From Candidatus Wildermuthbacteria bacterium RIFCSPHIGHO2_01_FULL_48_25 (GTDB lineage Bacteria; Patescibacteriota; Minisyncoccia; Minisyncoccales; UBA10102), in contig MHTR01000001.1 of NCBI GenBank assembly GCA_001823155.1, positions 43 to 64,042 on the forward strand: a stretch of DNA of 64,000 bases, written 5' to 3'. A program made the position numbers and the translations under genes. The stretch's first letter is position 1; every line of letters starts with the position of its first letter. The notes beneath the pieces are model-generated. The model was not told the DNA's origin, did not search any database, and worked only from the letters and a program-made list of their open reading frames with translations. Below, piece after piece: positions 36,016 to 42,927 of the stretch.

Positions 36016-36156
36016 GTCGATGGGTTATTATATGCTAAGCAGCAAAGCGCGCAAAGTAAGACTAAACCGGTTCCCTGTGTGGAAAACCTGGGGATAAAAA
36101 GGGGACAAGTTTGCGCTGTTGACCCCCAAGAGAAGTCGAGGTAGAATAGCTGTTAT
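36016..36156. other. candidate oriC module / divergent dnaA-rpmH control region
   Basis: DnaA-box-like TGTGGAAAA (36078) and TGGGGATAA (36089). rpmH promoter TTGACC-17-TAGAAT at 36119-36147. Confidence 0.4.
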
Positions 36157-36291
36157 ATGAGTATTACATATCGGGCTAAAAAGAAAAAGAGGGCCAAGAA
36201 GCACGGATTCCGAGCGCGCATGAGAAGGCCTGGAGGGAAAAAGGTTGTGGCAAGGCGCAGGAAAAAGGGCAGAAAGCGCCTTACCGTATAA
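36157..36291 (+). CDS. rpmH: 50S ribosomal protein L34
   Basis: Hand translation: [44 protein letters not shown] (44 aa). Absent from the ORF track because it is under 60 aa. Confidence 0.9.
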   Translation: MSITYRAKKKKRAKKHGFRARMRRPGGKKVVARRRKKGRKRLTV

Positions 36292-36295
36292 CCCA

Positions 36296-36646
36296 ATGCT
36301 CCCCAAGGCCTATCGCCTGTCTCGAGAAACGGATTTCCGGGCAGTGTTAAAAGAACACAAGGGCTTCCGCGAAGACGGCCTGTTCCTGAAGGCAAAGAAG
36401 AAAAGTGGCCATTCCCTCAGATTCGGAATAGTGGTGGGGAAAAACGTGAGCCTAAGGGCAACCAAGCGCAACCGTTTCAGAAGAGTTGTCTCTGAGGCCT
36501 TGCAAAAAAAGCTCTTGGAGATTAAAGAAGGGTATGACGCGGTGCTCATCGCGCTTCCCAAGGCAGAACTTAAGAGCTTGGCAGAGGCAGAGGCAGTTTT
36601 GGAAAAACTGCTCCGCAAAGCTTCTTTATTGAAACACAACCCATGA
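36296..36646 (+). CDS. rnpA: ribonuclease P protein component
   Basis: MLPKAYRLSRETDFRAVLK ... RNRFRRVV (RNR motif). The ORF opens at 36245. Confidence 0.9.
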   Translation: MLPKAYRLSRETDFRAVLKEHKGFREDGLFLKAKKKSGHSLRFGIVVGKNVSLRATKRNRFRRVVSEALQKKLLEIKEGYDAVLIALPKAELKSLAEAEAVLEKLLRKASLLKHNP

Positions 36647-36648
36647 AT

Positions 36649-36773
36649 CCCGTTAGAGATTACACATCTACATTTGAAAGCAGTATCAGTCAAACACAAA
36701 ATGACATGAAAAGTTCGATAGTTTTACCAATGAGTGACGGAAACGTTGCGAAACGTTTCCTATCTCTAACGGG
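36649..36773. mobile_element. MITE-like element, copy 1 (125 bp, 12-bp perfect TIRs, flanked by duplicated ATGAAT)
   Basis: CCCGTTAGAGAT at 36649-36660 and ATCTCTAACGGG at 36762-36773. ATGAAT at 36643-36648 and at 36774-36779. Subterminal hairpin at 36739-36760. Confidence 0.6.
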
Positions 36774-37505
36774 ATGAATATTATTTTCGGATTCTATAAC
36801 ACCCTTTTATACCAACCGCTCTTCAACTCCTTAATCCTGTTGTATGATTTCCTTCCCGGAAGGGACTTTGGGATTTCCATCATCGCGCTTACTGTTATTA
36901 TCCGCGTTGCTTTCTATCCCCTATCTGCCAGGGCTTTTATTGTGCAAAAAGCGTTTTCCGAACTCCAGCCAAAACTAAAAGAACTCCAGGAAAAGTTCAA
37001 GCATGACAAAGACATGTTGGCGCGGCAAACTCTGGAGATGTACAAGAAAAGCGGGGTGAATCCTTTGGCGAGTTTAGGCCCCTTATTGCTCCAGCTTCCC
37101 ATTCTGCTCGCCATTTTCCAGGTGTTCTCAAAGGGGCTGCAAGAGTCGCAACTCCTGAACCTGTATCCTTTTGTGGAGAACCCCGGAATTATTAACCCTA
37201 TGTTCCTGGGGTTGATTAACTTGAGCGAGCAGTCTTTGGTTTTGGCGCTCATGGCAGGGCTCCTCCAGTTTTTGCAAATGCAGGTTGGCCTTACCGCTCC
37301 CAGGGCAGCAGGTTCTAAGAAGCCCGGCATGGCCTTGGTGCAAAAGCACGCCACCCCCATTTTCTTCGCCGCCTTCACGATATATATTTTAACTCGCCTT
37401 CCCTCTGCCATTGGGGTATACTGGGTTGCGACCTCAGTGTTCTCCATTGCTCAGCAGTGGTACCTTGCAAAGAAGTTAAAATTAAAAGGCCAAAGTGAAA
37501 AATAA
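36774..37505 (+). CDS. yidC: membrane protein insertase YidC (short form)
   Basis: Five-TM YidC/Oxa1 core. Located in the rnpA-yidC-jag context. Confidence 0.9.
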   Translation: MNIIFGFYNTLLYQPLFNSLILLYDFLPGRDFGISIIALTVIIRVAFYPLSARAFIVQKAFSELQPKLKELQEKFKHDKDMLARQTLEMYKKSGVNPLASLGPLLLQLPILLAIFQVFSKGLQESQLLNLYPFVENPGIINPMFLGLINLSEQSLVLALMAGLLQFLQMQVGLTAPRAAGSKKPGMALVQKHATPIFFAAFTIYILTRLPSAIGVYWVATSVFSIAQQWYLAKKLKLKGQSEK

Positions 37506-37985
37506 ATGATACCGAACGAAACACTCAGAACCATAAGGGGCGTTGCCGAAGAATTTCTCCTTAAGCTTGAGGCGGAGGCGAAGGTGCAGGTTCGCGAAGA
37601 CGAAGAAGGAGCCGTACAAGTCTTGATTGACGCTGGCGAGCCCCAAATATTCATTGGCGAGCAAGGGCAAACGCTTCTTGAGATTCAGCATTTGTTGCGC
37701 CTAATGGTGCGAAAGAAGCTTGGAGAAGCTCCGTTGCTCGTGCTGGATATTAACGAGTACCGCAAGAGCAGGGAGACCTATTTGCGAGAACTCGCGAACA
37801 CCACAGCAGACGAAGTGGCTTTGCTCAAAAAAGAAAAAGAGCTGAGCGCAATGTCAGCCCAAGACCGGAGGATCGTTCACGTGGTCATTAGTGAGCGCCA
37901 AGACGTGGTTTCAGAGAGCGTGGGCGAAGAACCCGAGAGGAGAATTGTGATTAAGGTCAAAGAGTCGGAAAGTTCAACTCGGTAA
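37506..37985 (+). CDS. jag: Jag/KhpB-like RNA-binding protein (KH plus R3H)
   Basis: R3H region QDRRIVHVVISE. Located after yidC. Confidence 0.8.
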   Translation: MIPNETLRTIRGVAEEFLLKLEAEAKVQVREDEEGAVQVLIDAGEPQIFIGEQGQTLLEIQHLLRLMVRKKLGEAPLLVLDINEYRKSRETYLRELANTTADEVALLKKEKELSAMSAQDRRIVHVVISERQDVVSESVGEEPERRIVIKVKESESSTR

Positions 37986-38325
37986 ACCCGGGATTGATAA
38001 TCTCGAGGAGTATAAAAGAAGATAAAACCAGCAAAAGCCCCAAAAGGGCATTTTGTATTCTGTCTTTCGCGTCGCTCGCCAGAGACGGATTTGCCGCGGA
38101 CATCAACCACTGTATTCCGCCATATACGATCATTGCAAAGGCAGCAAGCCCGGAAATCCCAACAATTGTGTAATACACCCAAGCTATCACAGCGGGTAAG
38201 CTCTGGTCTTGATTAATGTCGGGTCCACCCAGAAACTTCGGATAATCCAGGTTAAGATTTAGCGCAAGCGCCGCGATGGGAAAGAGAAGCAGGAGCAGGG
38301 CAAGAGAAGGAAAAACGTATTTCAT
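37957..38325 (-). CDS. TrbC/VirB2-like T4SS pilin
   Basis: Start at MKYVFPSLALLLLLFPIAALA (signal peptide), then two TM helices separated by a short loop. The ORF extends to 38583. Confidence 0.55.
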   Translation of the reverse strand: MKYVFPSLALLLLLFPIAALALNLNLDYPKFLGGPDINQDQSLPAVIAWVYYTIVGISGLAAFAMIVYGGIQWLMSAANPSLASDAKDRIQNALLGLLLVLSSFILLEIINPGFTELNFPTL

Positions 38326-38339
38326 ATTATTGTATCGTA

Positions 38340-38789
38340 TCACTTTCCTCGAACCGTGGAAATGACCGCCCAGGTCCAAAGAACAAATATACTTAAAATA
38401 GGCACCAGCCCTCCTAAAAAGTAAAGAATTCCCCTTCTCCAGGCGCGACGCGTCGCCATTCTTCTTGCAATCAGCTTCTGCTGCTGTTCCTGGACGAATT
38501 TTTGGCGGAGCTCGGGAGCTTGCCGAATTCTTTGCACCTGCTCTGCGGCAGCCCACGGTCTTCCGCTCTTCCAAACCATCCACAGCATAATAGGTATTCC
38601 AAGAATGATGTTTTCAATAACCCCGAATGCGAGCGTAAAGTCCAAAATATCGATTGAAACCGCGACCGCCATCACCAGCATTACGTCGGGATCTAGGAAG
38701 CTTGCTGTGGCAGTCGGCGTCTCCTGCTCGGCAGGAGAGGCCTGTGGAGGTTGCTTTGCGCTTTGTTCCAATGCGAGTGCTTCCGCCAT
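38340..38789 (-). CDS. membrane protein of the T4SS-like locus
   Basis: 149 aa with 3 TM segments and a basic coiled central region. Confidence 0.45.
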   Translation of the reverse strand: MAEALALEQSAKQPPQASPAEQETPTATASFLDPDVMLVMAVAVSIDILDFTLAFGVIENIILGIPIMLWMVWKSGRPWAAAEQVQRIRQAPELRQKFVQEQQQKLIARRMATRRAWRRGILYFLGGLVPILSIFVLWTWAVISTVRGK

Positions 38790-38791
38790 GG

Positions 38792-40573
38792 TTATGTAGT
38801 TTCCCCTTGTTCTTTTTCTAAGATTTCCTTGGGACTCGTGGTAACGATCTGATGTTCAGTTGGGGAAGCCACTACTTTAATGGCTACATGCTTTTGTCCC
38901 GCGAAGAACACGCCCTCCCCCACCTCTGTTTCCAGGAGCAAGGACTTTTCTTCAGCAGTGAGGTTAAAGGACTTTTTTACTACATCAATAGTTGCGGGGC
39001 TTTGCTTCATTAGAATTTGGATGGAGGAGTTGGTAATGATGGGTCTCCCATACTCGGATTTTAAGAAATCCCCCACGTCTTGCGTAATGGTGGTAACTCC
39101 CAAATAGTATTTTCTTGCCCGTTTTGCGATTCCGTAGAGGAACGAGGCTCCGTCGTCAGACTGCATGATCCACCATGCCTCGTCTACCACGAGAATGCGT
39201 TTTTTCAGTTCAGAGCGCACCTTGTTCCATATGTAGCGCATGATGATGTACATTGCCATAGGCCGCAAACCCTCTTCCATGTCGCGTATGCCAAAAGCAA
39301 CAAACGGGTTTTGCATATCAATATTCGTTCTGTTGTTGAAGAAGTTGGCGTACGTGCCTTTGGTAAACTTGCGCAGGCGCGTCACCAGAGATTCTGCTCC
39401 TTCCATGGTTTCTAATACTCCTTCCAAGTCCTCCATGAGCGGTATGTTTTGCCGCCACATTGCGGGGTCTGAAGTAATGGTTATGTCTTTCGCGGCATAG
39501 GTCTCAGTTAAAGCTCTATCCATGATCGCGTCTTCCTCGGGATTCAAACCGCCGAGCATGATGCGCATTAACCCCACCAAGTTGATGACGTTTGAGCGCA
39601 AGACGTCTTCTGGTTTTTCGTCTTCTCTGGGCTCTGGCAGGTCAAAAGGATTGATATGGTTTTCAGAGCCAAGAGAAATGTCAAAGAAACTTCCACCCAC
39701 GGCGTTTGTCAGATTTTTGTACTCGTTTTCAGGGTCAAGCACGATTACGTCCACTCCGGTCATGAGATACCTTAGAATCTGTACCTTCACAAAGTAGCTT
39801 TTTCCAGAGCCAGATTTCGCGAACACCACCTCGTTCGCGTTTTCAAGGGAGAACCTGTCAAAGAGAATCAAAGAGTTGTTGTGCAGGTTGATTCCATACA
39901 AAATGCCTTCGTTCGAACTCAAATCAAACGACACAAAAGGAAATGTTGAAGACAATGGCTCGGTATTCATTGAGGTGTGCACCTGCAAAAAGTCTTTCCC
40001 ATATGGCACGCACGAGTTAAACCCTTCTTTTTGTTGGTAAAGCGCGGGTTTTATATAGAGTAACCGCGACTCAAAAATAGAACGCAAGGCAGTTTCAATC
40101 TGCCGCAATTCTTCCTGGGTTTCTCCGTACACCGTCAAATACAAGCCGAATTTGAACATGCGCTCCTGGGCTGTTTGGAGTTTGTCGCGAAGGGCTTCCA
40201 AGTCTTGGAACCCGGTTTGGAGTTCGGGGTCTCGCACCATGCCCTTGTCTTCTTTTTCCATGATTTCAGACTGCACCTCAGTAACTTTTCTTTGAAGCTG
40301 GCGCAGGATCGTGTTCGTATTCACGGGGTGCACGAACATCGAAATATCCATAGGCACATCAAGGTTGATGGCAGGCCCCAGCCAAGCAGCCGTCAGGTAT
40401 CTTGGATACGAGAACACAAAGAAAGATCGGGCGAATCTTCCCTGCAGGTCCAGGTATTCGGGAGCCACGCGAACCGAAGCAGGAGCAATAATGTCTTTTG
40501 CCGTGGTTACCTCGGTGTCGAAAAACTTCTCCACGGGCCTTGCCTTTTTCGTTTTTAAGAATGGCAGTTTCAT
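38792..40573 (-). CDS. virB4: VirB4/TraC-family T4SS ATPase
   Basis: Walker A AKSGSGKSYF and Walker B ILVVDEAWW, with a VirB4-like N-domain. Confidence 0.85.
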   Translation of the reverse strand: MKLPFLKTKKARPVEKFFDTEVTTAKDIIAPASVRVAPEYLDLQGRFARSFFVFSYPRYLTAAWLGPAINLDVPMDISMFVHPVNTNTILRQLQRKVTEVQSEIMEKEDKGMVRDPELQTGFQDLEALRDKLQTAQERMFKFGLYLTVYGETQEELRQIETALRSIFESRLLYIKPALYQQKEGFNSCVPYGKDFLQVHTSMNTEPLSSTFPFVSFDLSSNEGILYGINLHNNSLILFDRFSLENANEVVFAKSGSGKSYFVKVQILRYLMTGVDVIVLDPENEYKNLTNAVGGSFFDISLGSENHINPFDLPEPREDEKPEDVLRSNVINLVGLMRIMLGGLNPEEDAIMDRALTETYAAKDITITSDPAMWRQNIPLMEDLEGVLETMEGAESLVTRLRKFTKGTYANFFNNRTNIDMQNPFVAFGIRDMEEGLRPMAMYIIMRYIWNKVRSELKKRILVVDEAWWIMQSDDGASFLYGIAKRARKYYLGVTTITQDVGDFLKSEYGRPIITNSSIQILMKQSPATIDVVKKSFNLTAEEKSLLLETEVGEGVFFAGQKHVAIKVVASPTEHQIVTTSPKEILEKEQGETT

Positions 40574-41229
40574 TTTAATATTTCAGGAGGTATTTCAGGA
40601 TAGTATCCAACCTCTGCTTCGGCTGGATGGTGCCAGCTCCAGAACAGTTCAATCATTTCTTCGCTTGAGAGCGGAACTACCTGCAGGCCCGCGCGCCTCA
40701 AGCCTAAAGCAACGAACTCCATTCTCTGCCACAGCTGGTTTTTCATTCGTTGGAACTCTTCTTCCGAAAGCTTTCCTCCGAGCTTTGGCTTGCGCAGCCC
40801 CTGGCCTTCCGCGGGTATGGTTTCCAGCCACGAGAAAGGAATGACCACAAAGAAGGCCTTTGCCATAATGGTTCCCTGGCGGCCCTGGGGCGAGGCGCTT
40901 CCAATAAGCTGTTCCACGAACTCGCGGTAGCTCGCTGTTTGTTCTTTTAAGAGTTTAGAACCCTGGTTTGCTTCCAGGGATTTTAAGTATTCGAGATATC
41001 CTGTAAGGTTCAGTCTTCTTGATTGCACCACTATTTGCAAAGAGAAGTCCAGGGAGTTCAAGAAGTTCTGGAATTGGAATATAGTGGCCTGCTGTTCTTC
41101 ATCTGACTTTAGGGCAAAGTTCTGGGAATTCACCATTAAGATTCCCCGCATGCTCCTGTCTTTGAGCACCAGGGTTCCTTCCTTGATCTCTTCTATTTCC
41201 AAAAATTGCTGCGTTGAAGCGTTTGCCAT
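40570..41229 (-). CDS. T4SS-associated protein (resembles a VirB4 N-terminal-type domain)
   Basis: 219 aa with 4-nt overlaps to both neighbours. Only weak pattern similarity. Confidence 0.35.
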   Translation of the reverse strand: MANASTQQFLEIEEIKEGTLVLKDRSMRGILMVNSQNFALKSDEEQQATIFQFQNFLNSLDFSLQIVVQSRRLNLTGYLEYLKSLEANQGSKLLKEQTASYREFVEQLIGSASPQGRQGTIMAKAFFVVIPFSWLETIPAEGQGLRKPKLGGKLSEEEFQRMKNQLWQRMEFVALGLRRAGLQVVPLSSEEMIELFWSWHHPAEAEVGYYPEIPPEILK

Positions 41230-41639
41230 TAGCGTTTTGTTTCAATTTGCGTGCCTAGGTTCTGCACCTTGCTTTTGCTTCCCATCTGAACCTGGGAAGC
41301 TACAGCTTCCTGTTCAGCGGTTCTTTTGTATTCTTTTGAAACATCCGTATTTTTCCTCGTCCTCGATTCTTTCCAAATGTAGGTTTTGGGATTCATGCTG
41401 TACCCCAAGAACCCTGCCATGAGTGACGAAAGGGATTGCCCACCCATTTTCAAAAATCCAAGAGCGAACCCGATCGTGAAAAGAATAACCGAGCCGATGA
41501 CAAAAAGCATGAAAGGCGCGGTAAAGTATAAAAAGAACGCGACAGCCCCTGGGATTGCAAGATACAAAAATTGCCTAAACGTAAACGGGCCAATGACTTT
41601 TGGCTCGTGCTCTATAAACTGTGGAACTTGGAATCTCAT
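41229..41639 (-). CDS. PrgI-family (VirB3-like) membrane protein
   Basis: MRFQVPQFIEHEPKVIGPFTFRQFLYL, then two TM helices. Confidence 0.6.
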   Translation of the reverse strand: MRFQVPQFIEHEPKVIGPFTFRQFLYLAIPGAVAFFLYFTAPFMLFVIGSVILFTIGFALGFLKMGGQSLSSLMAGFLGYSMNPKTYIWKESRTRKNTDVSKEYKRTAEQEAVASQVQMGSKSKVQNLGTQIETKR

Positions 41640-42073
41640 TCTATCGGTTCTCTATATCCATCATCTTTACTTGATATTTGTTTGGGCTCTTCTTGATCCT
41701 CAGGCTCCACCAGAGGCTGGGGAGTTACAACCTTAGCGGACACCTCAATTTCCATTTTATGGAGCTGCTCGAGGGCTGGCTTCACGGGATAGAAAACAAA
41801 ACGGTTAACTTCCATTGCAACACTCTTTGCCACACTCTTTTTTAGGCGTAGTTCTTCTTCCAGGGTTTTTTGGAAATCCCCCGGCAAGAGAACGCCCATT
41901 AAAACAAGGCCGACAAAATAGGAAACTCTCGGCACTTCTTCTATTTCACTCCGTTCGCAGATATCAAAAACGAAGTCTGCGGTTTCTTGCGAAAAAACCG
42001 CCTCTTTAAGTTCATTCGGGAGCTTTTCATAGAGTTTCCACAATTCTTCGGTTGTATACTGCCTTTGGTTCAT
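41636..42073 (-). CDS. hypothetical protein, first gene of the lower T4SS block
   Basis: 145 aa, acidic C-terminus, 4-nt overlap with prgI. Confidence 0.45.
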   Translation of the reverse strand: MNQRQYTTEELWKLYEKLPNELKEAVFSQETADFVFDICERSEIEEVPRVSYFVGLVLMGVLLPGDFQKTLEEELRLKKSVAKSVAMEVNRFVFYPVKPALEQLHKMEIEVSAKVVTPQPLVEPEDQEEPKQISSKDDGYREPIE

Positions 42074-42076
42074 ACT

Positions 42077-42105
42077 ATTGACAAAAAGGTGATTATGGTG
42101 TATAT
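42077..42105 (+). promoter_or_regulatory. sigma70-type promoter of the high-GC gene
   Basis: TTGACA-17 nt-TATATA. Confidence 0.5.
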
Positions 42106-42177
42106 ATACTTTAGTAGTTTATGCTGAGTGTGGCGTTCGCCATGCTCCTAGGGGTTTTAGGAAAAGGAGACGGCGAA

Positions 42178-42852
42178 ATGCCACAGAGAGTTGAGTCGTA
42201 CTGGATAAAGTTCTTGGGGATCATCCCGTTTGCGATGGCCACGAGAGTGGTCATGGACCCGGATCCTCAGCCTGCGCCCGCTGCTCCGGCGATCCCGCCC
42301 GAGGACGAGGATCCCGAACGGATTCTCGCAGGGGTGATGGTGGATGACGCCAGGTATGCGGCACAGGAACTGGCCCAGGTCGCAACAGAGGTGGCTATCG
42401 AGCGTCGTCTGCTCCAGGCTACACACAGGCGGGTTGAGCTCCGAAACATTCGGAGCCAGCGGGCGGATGCCGAAGCAGTCCTCTACGAAGTTCCCCACCA
42501 GGCAGAGAGGCGCGAGCGGCCGACTGTGCGCGTACGCGAGGAGGCCGCAACGCCACAGCCTCGACAGCAGAGACCCGAACCGGCACCCCGCGAACGAGCG
42601 CCCACTACCCAGCAGTTGGAGGATGCTTACCAGCGTGGCGTAGGCGATCGTCAAGGCCGCGTTGGTCAAGACGAAGCCGTTCGGCATGCGGCAGAGTACC
42701 CGGCGCAGCAAGGGCTGCGCAGATCGTACTGGGATGGATACGGCGATCGCCGAAACGCCTCAGCTGCTGCGCAGCCAGCTCCTGCGCCGGCAAACGCGCA
42801 GCCCGCTGCTGCCCAGGCGCCGCAGCCCAATGCTCAGGCACTGGGTGTGTAA
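42178..42852 (+). CDS. high-GC TM-anchored Pro/Ala/Gln/Arg-rich protein
   Basis: AAGGAG SD 7 nt before the ATG at 42178. N-terminal TM WIKFLGIIPFAMATRVV, then a PDPQPAPAAPAIPPEDEDP linker. The ORF opens at 42121. Confidence 0.5.
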   Translation: MPQRVESYWIKFLGIIPFAMATRVVMDPDPQPAPAAPAIPPEDEDPERILAGVMVDDARYAAQELAQVATEVAIERRLLQATHRRVELRNIRSQRADAEAVLYEVPHQAERRERPTVRVREEAATPQPRQQRPEPAPRERAPTTQQLEDAYQRGVGDRQGRVGQDEAVRHAAEYPAQQGLRRSYWDGYGDRRNASAAAQPAPAPANAQPAAAQAPQPNAQALGV

Positions 42853-42865
42853 CTGGCAAAAGCGA

Positions 42866-42919
42866 GGGCGGGCCACAGGTCGATTCTTTCGACTCTGTGG
42901 TCCGCCCACTTTTTATTTT
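42866..42919 (+). terminator. intrinsic terminator of the high-GC gene
   Basis: GGGCGGGCCACAG...CTGTGGTCCGCCC followed by ACTTTTTATTTT. Confidence 0.65.
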
Positions 42920-42927
42920 AAAGTGCT

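Noticed and set aside
36649-36773. The inverted-repeat element might be an integron attC site or a small intron.
   Set aside because: The GTT...AAC core orientation is opposite to the attC order (RYYYAAC...GTTRRRY), and no integrase is nearby. At 125-130 nt it is far too small for group I or II introns, and no intron hallmarks are visible.
36643-36779. Programmed translational bypassing (gene-60-like hop) between the two identical ATGAAT sites.
   Set aside because: No stop codon follows the potential take-off site. The intervening frame is open and ends at the downstream start codon, so simple termination-reinitiation explains the layout. I keep bypassing only as a remote possibility.
42157-42711. 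184-aa minus-strand ORF and other frames overlapping the high-GC gene in the T4SS-like locus.
   Set aside because: They have no SD, and the plus-strand frame has a promoter, SD, TM helix and terminator. This looks like GC-driven open-frame noise.
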